A stretch of 64,000 nt of DNA from Thermoplasmata archaeon (GCA_052326305.1 JBKQPJ010000015.1:35208-99207), one strand, 5' to 3'. Shown: positions 34,472 through 43,034, counted from the stretch's first letter. Made by a program: numbers and translations. The notes: generated by a model from the letters alone, not told the origin.

Positions 34472-35764
34472 GTGTGGCAAACCTATTACCAGGAAGCGAG
34501 TATCAACCCCGGCGTGCGCTCTTCCGCCGATGAATGTCGCCGCCCGATTCCCTGCGGTATTGACTTGTTTTCGGGTGCCGGCGGGTTCGGCCTGGGATTC
34601 GAAGCGGCGGGCTTACCCGTCGTGGCCTCCCTAGACAAGGATGCGGATGCCGTAGCCACCCTCGCCGCGAACCCCCCCATTGGCCCCCGGCTTGTCTTCC
34701 ACACCGACATCCGTTCGTTTGGCCCATTAGCGATGGACAAAGCAATCGAGGGCCTTTCTCCCCGTTACCGAGTCGACTTCCTCATCGGCGGGCCGCCATG
34801 CCAGGGCTGGAGCAGGGTCGGACGAGGGAAGCTACGGTCACTCGGGCGTATCGGGTCCACTCCCGCGCCCTTCGCCGAGGAGCGGAACAGGTTGTATCGT
34901 CCGTTCCTCCGGTATGTGTCCCACTTCCGGCCGCGCGTCGTCCTCCTGGAGAACGTGCGGGGAATGGAGTGCTACTACGGGCACGATGGAACGAAGGCGA
35001 TCACGACAGCACTGGACTCTCTGGGGTACCGGACTAAGGTGGTTCCCCTCGACGCCGCCGACTTCGGGGTGCCCCAGCAGAGAAGGCGACTCGTTATTGT
35101 GGGCGTTAGAGAGGACCTGGGACTGGAGCTGGACACACCGATTGGCCCACCCGCCGGATTGGGCATGGATGGCGCCGCACCGACAGTCCGCGACGCGATC
35201 GGCGATCTCCCGTGGGTCCCGTCGGGGAACCAGAGGGATGTGATGCCTTACCGGAAGCTGGAGGATGCCTCTGCGTACCTCAGCCTCCTCCGCCCCGGAT
35301 GGATGAACGGCTCGGTCACTGCCCATATCACCCGGCCCCACCGCCCGGAGGACCGCGAGGCGTTCCGATCGATGAAACAAGGCGGGATCTACTCTGACCT
35401 ACCCGACCGTCTCAAGCGGTATCGCGACGACATATTTGCCGACAAATATCGGAGGTTGGAGTGGGACAAGCCCAGCCCGTGCCTGACGGCCCACCTCGCG
35501 AAGGACGGCTACTCGCACATCCACCCGAGTCAGACGAGGACGATCTCTGTACGGGAGGCGGCGAGGATTCAGGGGTTCCCCGATTGGTACGTCATAGCCG
35601 GGTCGATGGGGAGCCAATTCCGCCAGATTGGAAACTCAGTCCCCCCTCTGCTAGCGTACGCGCTCGCGATTGCTGTACGGAATTTCCTCGGAGTGAAGTC
35701 GGAAATCTCGTGGGACGTTCTATCGTGTTCCGTCTTGCAGACTGGTACGGTCACGAACGAGTGA
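34472..35764 (+). CDS. DNA (cytosine-5)-methyltransferase (second copy)
   Basis: Contains FSGAGGFGLGF, PPCQGWS, ENVRGM and QIGNSVPP. Confidence 0.9.
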   Translation: MWQTYYQEASINPGVRSSADECRRPIPCGIDLFSGAGGFGLGFEAAGLPVVASLDKDADAVATLAANPPIGPRLVFHTDIRSFGPLAMDKAIEGLSPRYRVDFLIGGPPCQGWSRVGRGKLRSLGRIGSTPAPFAEERNRLYRPFLRYVSHFRPRVVLLENVRGMECYYGHDGTKAITTALDSLGYRTKVVPLDAADFGVPQQRRRLVIVGVREDLGLELDTPIGPPAGLGMDGAAPTVRDAIGDLPWVPSGNQRDVMPYRKLEDASAYLSLLRPGWMNGSVTAHITRPHRPEDREAFRSMKQGGIYSDLPDRLKRYRDDIFADKYRRLEWDKPSPCLTAHLAKDGYSHIHPSQTRTISVREAARIQGFPDWYVIAGSMGSQFRQIGNSVPPLLAYALAIAVRNFLGVKSEISWDVLSCSVLQTGTVTNE

Positions 35765-36089
35765 ACTTGTCGCTATCATCCTGCGCGTCCAGGATCTCGT
35801 CTCCAAGTAGGAAGACAACAACGCGGCCGGTTCCAAGGTCGCGTCGTTCCCCATCGTCCAGCTCCCGCCCGAGTGCTTCGTGGGCGGAGTCGACAATGGT
35901 GTGACTCAAGACCTGCCGGCGATGGACTTGGCCGCCGCAGACAAAAACCGCCTCGCTAGGTCCGCCATTCGCGGTCGTAATCCACTTTGGTGTTGCCTTT
36001 CGCACCTCCACACGCTTGAAACCGACTCGAATCAGATCGAAGTACTTCCGACGCACCATGAAGAGGACCTTCCCGGTAACTGTGCTCAC
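35751..36089 (-). CDS. ASCH-domain protein (PUA-like fold; a candidate reader of modified nucleic acid)
   Basis: FDLIRVGFKRVEVRK matches the ASCH GxKxxExR motif. It is convergent with methyltransferase 2 and overlaps it by 14 bp. Confidence 0.55.
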   Translation of the reverse strand: MSTVTGKVLFMVRRKYFDLIRVGFKRVEVRKATPKWITTANGGPSEAVFVCGGQVHRRQVLSHTIVDSAHEALGRELDDGERRDLGTGRVVVFLLGDEILDAQDDSDKFTRS

Positions 36090-36263
36090 CCCCCTACGTC
36101 CTATCTACAGACCGGGCGTAGTTAGGGTGATTGGGGAGACACTCCAATGACGGGGGTGGGGGGGTCGGTGCGCCGGCCCCCGAAGTTCTTCTCGGAAGTT
36201 CGAACATTCTTAGTCCAATCATTCGTTTCATCTACCGCCTCGACCCGAGGCGGGAGGTGGTGA

Positions 36264-36443
36264 ATGGGAAAGGGAAGCAAGGGCGGACCGACTCCGAACG
36301 ACCAGCGATCGCGTGCGATGAACTCGCAGGACGTTGTCGGCAAGATGGCGATAGACCACCGTGCCGGACAGCTTGATCCACGCAATCCTGATTTTTCTAA
36401 GGCTCGGGCTCCGCCCGACCAAACCACTGAATCCACACAGTAG
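36264..36443 (+). CDS. Small protein (59 aa) with Shine-Dalgarno-like site; below the ORF-track cutoff
   Basis: GGAGGTG sits 6 nt upstream of the ATG. The product is MGKGSKGGPTPNDQRSRAMNSQDVVGKMAIDHRAGQLDPRNPDFSKARAPPDQTTESTQ. A hairpin+T-run (possible terminator) lies 19 nt downstream. Confidence 0.3.
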   Translation: MGKGSKGGPTPNDQRSRAMNSQDVVGKMAIDHRAGQLDPRNPDFSKARAPPDQTTESTQ

Positions 36444-36461
36444 GGGCACCGTAGCCCTACC

Positions 36462-36492
36462 GGCCCCCGGCCTTGGCCGGGGGCCTCTTTTT
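36462..36492 (+). terminator. Possible terminator: perfect 11-bp GC hairpin followed by a T-run (bacterial intrinsic-terminator-like signal)
   Basis: The sequence is ggcccccggcc-tt-ggccgggggcc-tcttttt. Confidence 0.4.
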
Positions 36493-36994
36493 CGTCAGAG
36501 ATTCGAGAGTAGGTCCCGACCCGTTACAGCGCAATTTTGACGGCCGGTAGGCCGCGACTTGTTGCAGAACCCGCGGGTAGGAAGGGTTTAGCGGTGGGGG
36601 CGCGTGTCATTGCCCTCGAATGCCGTCTAAGAAGCGCCGCGACTTGACGAGTCAGTGGCTCGTCAAGCAGGACAAGAAATCGCAGAGGCTCATCCCCGTT
36701 GGGCTGTTCGGTTTGGTTGGGGCTTGCCGCCACTTCACCATCGATTGTAAGTCAGACCGCCTTACCAACAAGGGTCCCGGAGTCGTCGCCATCGAAATCG
36801 TAAGGCTGGTGGGCCGGCGTATCGAGGTGACGCTTGAGAACCTTCCTGCTGGGCAGACCTCGGCGGTCAGTCCCTATGCGGTCCGAAACGTGGTTTGTGC
36901 GTTAGATGGATTGAGCTATGCTCTCCCGACCTTCCGAAACCCGCGAACCAAGCGTGCCTCCGACTGAGGGCGGAACTGTACCGCTATCGCGGCA

Positions 36995-38074
36995 TCACAA
37001 TTCTTGATTTTCTCTTGTAACAGCTCGTGGCTTTTGTTTCGGGTCCATCGATATCGTTGTAGCCGATTCGACTTTCACTGCCGTCGCCGGAGGCGGTGGA
37101 CGAAGCACCGGGCGTTCGATTAGGCCGACCAGGGCGCTGCCGAACATCGCTTCGAGGTCCAGGGCGTTGATTCTCTCCTGAGCGGTACTCTCGAACTCCT
37201 TGAGCGCAGGGTCCTCGGAGAACTTCTTGAGATCCCGGAAGAAGTCGCCTAGGCCGGCCTCTTCCGCCAGTCCCTCTAGCTCGGCGTCGCTCGGGAAAGT
37301 GATCATGACTCCGCCGTACGTCCGGAGTTGCGCTAGCGCGGCCTCAATGGTCAGTTTCAGCACCCCTGCGGAGGGGACTTCCTTGGGAAGGTGCTCGAAA
37401 TCTTCACTCTCAAAGACGTTGATGAAGACAGTGCGCCGCTCGTTCCCATCCACAGAGAGTATCACCATCGACTGCCGCCGAATTAGACCTCGCGCTCTCA
37501 ACCACGCTAGGTCCGAGGCAAGCCGGTCGGTGTTCTCGAACTCAACCTGTTGGATCGATTCTGCGAGTCGATCCGCAGGAATTTCCACTCGGGTCTTTTC
37601 CTCCCGGACCATGTCAGAGAACTCGGGCGGTACAATCACGCCCAACGCCCTTTTCCCCGGCTCAGGCGTTCGAAGCAGCTTGACGAAGGTGGAGTCCAAA
37701 GAACCGGTAAGTAGGCCCGAGACGACACGCTGAAGGTCGATTCTGGCGACTGTTTCGAAATCCCTTCCCTTTAGGTGAATCTCACCGGAGGGATGGAACG
37801 AGATGTGTAGACCTGCCGGCAGGAGGCCGGGCATCGGAATGACGTACTTTCCGCCATCGGTGGCCGTCACGGTTTTCAATACGCGCAGACCCGGCGAAGT
37901 AGCCCCCGGCGCGGCCGTCGTGGGCACAACCCGAAGTTCCTTCTCCCTGGACGGCATTTGCTGGGGGAAGGAATCGGACCTAAAGGATAGCTCGGAGTCG
38001 CAATACGGCTTCACTTGTCGAATCTGTTCAGTTCTCGGGATATGGCCGCCATCGGAAGCCAAGCCGTACAACAC
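36995..38074 (-). CDS. Hypothetical protein (359 aa), last gene of a three-gene island operon
   Basis: Unique composition with no motif I recognise. It lies 30 bp downstream of the preceding gene. Confidence 0.5.
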   Translation of the reverse strand: MLYGLASDGGHIPRTEQIRQVKPYCDSELSFRSDSFPQQMPSREKELRVVPTTAAPGATSPGLRVLKTVTATDGGKYVIPMPGLLPAGLHISFHPSGEIHLKGRDFETVARIDLQRVVSGLLTGSLDSTFVKLLRTPEPGKRALGVIVPPEFSDMVREEKTRVEIPADRLAESIQQVEFENTDRLASDLAWLRARGLIRRQSMVILSVDGNERRTVFINVFESEDFEHLPKEVPSAGVLKLTIEAALAQLRTYGGVMITFPSDAELEGLAEEAGLGDFFRDLKKFSEDPALKEFESTAQERINALDLEAMFGSALVGLIERPVLRPPPPATAVKVESATTISMDPKQKPRAVTRENQEL

Positions 38075-38104
38075 AACCCGAAGGGCTGAGAGGCACCGGG
38101 CATT

Positions 38105-38895
38105 TCATGCATGGGCCGTTAGGTGCTCCAAGAAGTCCTCCTTTTCCTCCCAGAAGCCAACGATGTCGGCCCGCCTCTTGAGGGTGGATACTATCGGTCC
38201 CGTCCAAACGTCGTCTTCTACTGAATCGTCCAGTAGGCAAGCAGACCGGAACTGGAGCCCCGTATCCCGAATTTCGAGGAACGCGACGATGGCCTTGTTA
38301 ACCAGTGTGCTAGCCCAACCGGAACTCAATGACGAGAAGGCATACATCAACGTCCGTGGCTGCGAAGCACTCAGAGGTTCAAGGTCGAAATCAAAGACCC
38401 AGTGTTTCCCACCGGCTCCTGTATAGTCCCTCCAACGTGCGTGCTCGATATGGGCCGAAGTCAGCCATCCCGCAACGTCGTCAGCGAACCCAAGTTTAGA
38501 TCGAGCCTTCGCCGTCATTGCGATGTGCTGGGCTGACCTCGCCGCCTCGGTGACCCGGGTGAGTGCTTCGGACAGATCACCTATCGGCGCCCTTGCTACA
38601 ATCTCACTGCCATGCGCCGACACTCCGAGCCTCCTCAGAGTGGTTTCAAAGAACCAGTTCTGGCGCGATCCCTCCTTGAGTTCCACTCCGTGGAGGAATA
38701 GGAAGCCGACTGATTCGCCCATGTCGGACAGTTCGACGGTCTGGCCACGAATCGAAATGCGCACCTGTATCGGGTCGTTGTCCTGGTTTAGGAACGGCGT
38801 GGTGAGCACACAGTCCTCCCCATCCTGCTCGACTGAGAACACGGCCTCCAAGTGAGAGAGGTACTGGCCGAGGACGCGCGTACAGTCAGTCACGG
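38105..38895 (-). CDS. Hypothetical protein (about 263 aa), middle gene of the operon
   Basis: GTG start (VTDCTRV...) preceded by GGAGGA at -8. It overlaps the upstream stop as GTGA. I do not use the track ORF's N-terminal extension out to 39115. Confidence 0.5.
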
Positions 38896-39363
38896 GAAAT
38901 CCTCCATTGACGTCTGAGTGTGGATTGGGTATGGGCCGGGAGCGATCCTGCACTCCTTTAGAAAGTCCACGAGCGCCCCGTCGGGGTCGCCCGACCTGAC
39001 TTCGGAAACCGGATAGGAGGGGCTGTCTGCGAACCTCTCGTCTGGATAGTGCTTGTGCGGTCCCTTCATACGGGAGTTCGTAACGGGGTCGAGATGGCCT
39101 GGCTTGTAATCCCACCGGCGAATAATCACGCTGTTACGAACCACCAGAGCGAATCCGTAACGATTCGGCTTGCCCGGGCTGAATTTCCTGCTTACCCAGC
39201 CTCGAATCGTCATCGGGGTTCCATCCTCACCGATGACCGGGAGCACGAGGTACCTGCTGCCGTCGGCCCTCGAATCCCATTGGACCGGACCGGCAAGCTG
39301 TTTGGGCAGCTCGTAGAGGTAGTCAGCCTCTCCCTTGCTGATAGGGGCCGCTCCCTCTGCCAT
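38890..39363 (-). CDS. Hypothetical protein (157 aa), first gene of the operon
   Basis: Non-repetitive ORF translationally coupled to the next gene. Confidence 0.45.
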   Translation of the reverse strand: MAEGAAPISKGEADYLYELPKQLAGPVQWDSRADGSRYLVLPVIGEDGTPMTIRGWVSRKFSPGKPNRYGFALVVRNSVIIRRWDYKPGHLDPVTNSRMKGPHKHYPDERFADSPSYPVSEVRSGDPDGALVDFLKECRIAPGPYPIHTQTSMEDFP

Positions 39364-39537
39364 ATCGGTTCGCCGGACGCTTCCGCTGTCTCTGAGCGCT
39401 GTTGAGCACTGGAGACATAAAGCGAGGGGTCGGAGGGGTATCGAAACGGTTTCAGTTCGGAACCAGTTCGATTTCGGGGTAGCGGCTCTTCGGCTGCGGC
39501 GCGGCCCGCTTGAGCAGCTAGTGCCACCAGAACCCCC

Positions 39538-39604
39538 GATTCTCCTACAGCCGCCAAATCCAGGCGGGAATTCTCCTACTGCCGAGGATTATCCCTACAA
39601 AGCC
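39538..39604 (+). repeat. Right-hand copy of the island-flanking direct repeat (tandem 1.5 copies); its left partner is at 26474-26510
   Basis: gattctcctacagcc...attctcctactgccgaggattatccctacaaagc is compared with attctcctactgccctgccgattcccctacaagc at 26474. Confidence 0.5.
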
Positions 39605-39698
39605 TGCGGCACGCGCACCGTTAAATAGCGGGGGCCGTACCTCGGCCCTACCCGTGAGCCGAGGATCCCCTCTGGGGGTTCCGCTGACGCGAGGCACC

Positions 39699-40070
39699 AT
39701 GGCGCGACCGATTTACGTGCGATTCGAGACCCCGAGCGACCTCGCCGACAAGGCCCTGCAGCTCGTCCAGATCGCGAGCGAGACCGGCAAGGTCCGGGTC
39801 GGGACGAACGAAGTGACGAAATCGAGCGAGCGCGCGGAAGCGAAGCTCGTCGTCATGGCGGAGGACGTCGACCCGGTCGAGATCCTCGTCCACATCCCGA
39901 TGCTCTGCGAGGAGAAGCGGATCCCGTACGTCTACGTGCCGAAGAAGCAGCGGCTCGGCCAGTCGGCCGGGCTGTCGAAGTCCGCGGCGAGCGTGGCGAT
40001 CGTGGAGGCCGGCGACGCGAAGGCGCTTCTCGACGAGATCGCGGCCACCTTCCCCACGCTGAAGAAGTGA
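39699..40070 (+). CDS. rpl7ae: Ribosomal protein L7Ae (K-turn binding)
   Basis: [12 protein letters not shown]...[12 protein letters not shown]...[10 protein letters not shown]...[12 protein letters not shown]. is a 123 aa canonical L7Ae. GTTAAATAG at 39620-39628 is a likely TATA, which leaves a 5' leader of about 50 nt. Confidence 0.9.
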   Translation: MARPIYVRFETPSDLADKALQLVQIASETGKVRVGTNEVTKSSERAEAKLVVMAEDVDPVEILVHIPMLCEEKRIPYVYVPKKQRLGQSAGLSKSAASVAIVEAGDAKALLDEIAATFPTLKK

Positions 40071-40095
40071 GGGGAGGCCGGGACGGGGGCGCGCC

Positions 40096-40308
40096 ATGCC
40101 GGAAGAGAAGGGCTCGCCCGCCGAGGTCGTGGAGCTGGTCGGCCGGACGGGCATGGCCGGCGAGGCGACCCAGGTGAAGGTCCGCGTGCTCGCGGGGCGG
40201 GACCGGGGCAAGATCATCACCCGCAATGTCGCCGGCCCGATCCGCCTCGGCGACATCCTGATCCTGCGCGAGACGGCGCGCGAGGCGCGCAAGCTCTCCG
40301 TCCGCTGA
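40096..40308 (+). CDS. rps28e: Ribosomal protein S28e
   Basis: [57 protein letters not shown] matches S28e. Confidence 0.9.
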   Translation: MPEEKGSPAEVVELVGRTGMAGEATQVKVRVLAGRDRGKIITRNVAGPIRLGDILILRETAREARKLSVR

Positions 40309-40318
40309 GGGTGGGTCG

Positions 40319-40723
40319 ATGGTCGTCAAGCGGCAGTGCTCGTTCTGCGCCCGGGAGATCGAACCCGGCACCGGCACGATGTTCGTCAAGCGCGACGGCA
40401 CGGTCTTCCATTTCTGCACCTCGTCGTGCCGCAAGCAGCAGCTCCACCTCGGCCGCGTCGGCCACCGGTTCAAGTGGACGCGGGCCCACGAGCTGAAACG
40501 GGCGGCCGAACGCTCGAGCGCCGAGCGCGCGCCCGCCGCCGCGGCCCCGTCGAAGAGGTCGTCGCGCCCGGCCCGACGCCCGCCGGCCGAGAAGCTCCCT
40601 GCCCCGGCCGTGGCCGAGACGACCCCCGCGACCCCTCCGCCGGCCGCTCCCGCCTCGGCGCCGCGGACCCGGGCGCGAAAGCCCCGGGCCGCCGCTCCTC
40701 CCCCTCCCGCGCCCGAGACGTAG
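40319..40723 (+). CDS. rpl24e: Ribosomal protein L24e with Ala/Pro-rich C-terminal extension
   Basis: CSFCAREIEPGTGTMFVKRDGTVFHFCTSSC is the L24e zinc-ribbon motif. It carries an extra low-complexity tail of about 70 aa. Confidence 0.85.
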   Translation: MVVKRQCSFCAREIEPGTGTMFVKRDGTVFHFCTSSCRKQQLHLGRVGHRFKWTRAHELKRAAERSSAERAPAAAAPSKRSSRPARRPPAEKLPAPAVAETTPATPPPAAPASAPRTRARKPRAAAPPPPAPET

Positions 40724-40790
40724 GCCCGCTCTCCGCCCCGATTCCTGTCGAGCGGAATCCGTAAGCGTCCGTCCGGCGCGCCGAAGCTTC

Positions 40791-41557
40791 GTGAGCTCGC
40801 CGCCCGCCTGGGCATCGGCCTCGGACCTCGCCGAGTACGCCTACTGTCCCCGGGCGCTCCACTACCGCGCCCGTTTCCCCGACGCCCCGGACACGCCGGC
40901 GGCCGCGGGGGGCCGTCGCTACCACGAGCGGGTCCTCGGGGCCGAGCGGCGCCGGGCAGAGCATCCCACCGCCTATTGGGCGGGGGTGCTGGTGGGGATC
41001 CTGCTCGCCGTGGCCGGGGTCGCGGGAGCTCTCCGTCCTTGAACGTCTGGGCCGCGGCGCTCCTGCTGGCGGTCGGGATCGGCGTCGCGGCGCTGAGCGC
41101 CCGCGCGCTCTACCGGCGGAGTGGCGAGGCGCGGTGGGGCACGCTCGAGGCGATCGACGCGGGGCGCCCCGAGACGCTGCGCTCGGAACGGTTCCGCCTG
41201 GTCGGCCGCCCCGACGTCGTCCGACGCGGAAAGGACGGCCGGCGCGTTCCCGTCGAGGTCAAGCGACGACCGGCGCCGCGAGGGGGTCCGTTCCGCTCGC
41301 ACCTCGTACAGGTATGGACGTACTGCCTCCTGGTCGAGGAGGTCGACGGGCGTTCCCCCCCGTTCGGGGTCGTTCGATACTCCGACCGGGAGTTCCGTGT
41401 CCCGTGGAACTCGAGCGCGCGCGGGGAGCTCCTCGCGATCCGCCGGGCGGTGGCCGCGCCGTACGACGGCCGCGCGACGCCGAGCCCGGCCCGCTGCGGG
41501 CGTTGCCGGTGGGCTCCCCGCTGCGACGCCCGCCTCGACGCGGCCTCCCCGGGCTAG
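40791..41557 (+). pseudogene. Cas4/DUF83-like PD-(D/E)xK nuclease with Fe-S Cys motif, split by a frameshift (or sequencing error) near 41040; contains two TM-like segments
   Basis: Frame A (40791-41042) has EYAYCPR (N-terminal Cys) and a TM-like stretch. Frame B (40976-41557) has a second TM-like stretch, a D...EVK core (RPDVVRRGKDGRRVPVEVKR), QVWTYCLL (QxxxY), and C-terminal CGRCRWAPRC (Cx2Cx5C). There is no CRISPR array or other cas genes nearby. Confidence 0.5.
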
Positions 41558-42363
41558 CAGCGCGGGGCCCAGTACGCGTCCGTCCAGTACGGGAGCTCGA
41601 TCGACCGACGGCCTCGGGTGGCGGGATCCTCCTCGAGGAGGACGCGCACCTCCCGGGTGATCTTGCGCCGCTCGGACGCGGGAAGCACGGCGATCACGCT
41701 GACCGAAAGGACCCGGTCCACGATCCCGTCGGGGTCGAGCCGCTGACGGTGCGAGAACCGGCGGTGATGCAGCCGACCGAACGGTCCCCCGGGCCGGTCG
41801 AACGCGGCCTGCCATCGTCTCCTTCCCCCCGCCGAGCCCCCCCGTTCCGGTCCCGGCGTCCCCGGAACGGACCCGCGGTAGCGGCGCATGATCTCCGAGA
41901 GCCGGTGGGAGTAGGGGACCGTCTCGTCCCGGAGGTTCCAAACGAGCCCGAGCCTGCCGCCCGGGCGCAGCACCCGGGCGATCTCCTCGAGGGCCGCGCG
42001 GGGGCGGAACCAGTGGAACGCCTGCGCGGCGACGACCGCGTCGGCGAACGCCTCCGGGAGCGGGATCGCCTCCGCCGTCCCCGCGACGACCGCCACGTCG
42101 GGGACCGTCCGCTCGAACACTGCGCGCATGCCGGCCGTCGGCTCGACACCGACGATCGCCGCCCCCACCGGCCGCAGGGCCCGGGTGAACTTCCCGGTCC
42201 CGCTCGCCAGCTCGACGACCGTCCGTCCGGGACCGAGGTCGAGGGCGCGGGCCAGCCACCCGACCGCCGCGGCCGGATAGCCAGGCCGGGCCCGCTCGTA
42301 CGTCTCGGCGGCCCGGTCGAAGCCGCGGACCGCGGCATGGGTCCGCCATCGCGGCGCGCTCAC
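41554..42363 (-). CDS. Class I SAM-dependent methyltransferase
   Basis: VVELASGTGKFTRAL (motif I), LRPGGRLGL and a Methyltransf_11-like layout are present. Confidence 0.75.
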   Translation of the reverse strand: MSAPRWRTHAAVRGFDRAAETYERARPGYPAAAVGWLARALDLGPGRTVVELASGTGKFTRALRPVGAAIVGVEPTAGMRAVFERTVPDVAVVAGTAEAIPLPEAFADAVVAAQAFHWFRPRAALEEIARVLRPGGRLGLVWNLRDETVPYSHRLSEIMRRYRGSVPGTPGPERGGSAGGRRRWQAAFDRPGGPFGRLHHRRFSHRQRLDPDGIVDRVLSVSVIAVLPASERRKITREVRVLLEEDPATRGRRSIELPYWTDAYWAPRC

Positions 42364-43034
42364 GACCGTCCCCTCCGGCGGAGGGGGCTGGGGCGTTCGA
42401 CCCGGCGGGGACGGGGCAGGATGAGCAGTCCCTCGGTCGGGTCGCCGAGCGCCGTCGTGCGGCCGGCGAGGTGCTCGCGCCCGGTGTACGCGCAGACGAC
42501 GGCGTCCATCTCGTCGTGGGTGATACTGCGGTGGGCGACCGACCCGGTGAACCCGAACCGCACGAGCGCCCGTCGAAGCCGCTCCTCGCCCGCCCCCTTC
42601 CGCGGGATCCCGAGGACGTCCTGGGCGCCGCCGGGGTACGCTTCGATGACGGGGTAGCCCTCCCCGCGCAGCCGGGCCGCGAGGTCGATCCCGCGCCGGG
42701 TGAGAAGCCGCATCGGTCCGAGGGTGATCGGGAAGAACCGGATCCCGAGATCGAACAGCGCCCGGTCGCAGGCCCGGAAGTGCGGCGGGCTCGGCACATC
42801 GAGGGAGAGGCGCCCGCGGGGCAGCGAGAGCGGCGCATCGACGGCGACGATGCTCGGCCGGGCGTCGCGGACCGCGTTGAGGATCTCCTCGTCGGAGCCG
42901 AGGACGCGCGTCTCGGCCGCGAGCCCGGGGCCGAGGAGGCAGAATCCGGTGCGTCGATGGGGGCTGCCCGCAAGATCGATTCCCGCGGCCCGCCGGCGCA
43001 CGGGACGGTTCACGGGGGGAGGCTGCGGGGTCAC
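42360..43034 (-). CDS. DUF429-like protein (predicted RNase H-like fold)
   Basis: 224 aa. IDLAGSP...IVAVDAPLSLP resembles DUF429 layout. It overlaps the downstream methyltransferase start. Confidence 0.45.
   Translation of the reverse strand: MTPQPPPVNRPVRRRAAGIDLAGSPHRRTGFCLLGPGLAAETRVLGSDEEILNAVRDARPSIVAVDAPLSLPRGRLSLDVPSPPHFRACDRALFDLGIRFFPITLGPMRLLTRRGIDLAARLRGEGYPVIEAYPGGAQDVLGIPRKGAGEERLRRALVRFGFTGSVAHRSITHDEMDAVVCAYTGREHLAGRTTALGDPTEGLLILPRPRRVERPSPLRRRGRS

Larger units (their letters stand above)
26456..39604. mobile_element. Putative horizontally acquired genomic island of about 13 kb (IS, R-M, Vsr, signalling module, unknowns) bounded by imperfect direct repeats
   Basis: Imperfect 38-bp direct repeats (attctcctactgcc...gatt[c/a]cccctacaa[g/a]gc) occur at 26474-26510 and 39570-39604, plus an extra tandem half-copy at 39538-39552. 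The content is defence-type and mobile. Several stretches are visibly AT-richer than the flanks. The island ends just upstream of the L7Ae promoter. No integrase is present. Confidence 0.45.

Noticed and set aside
38896-39115. N-terminal 73 aa extension of ORF 38105..39115.
   Set aside because: It overlaps the upstream 157 aa gene in another frame. A GTG with a GGAGGA SD at 38895 gives a coupled start (GTGA).
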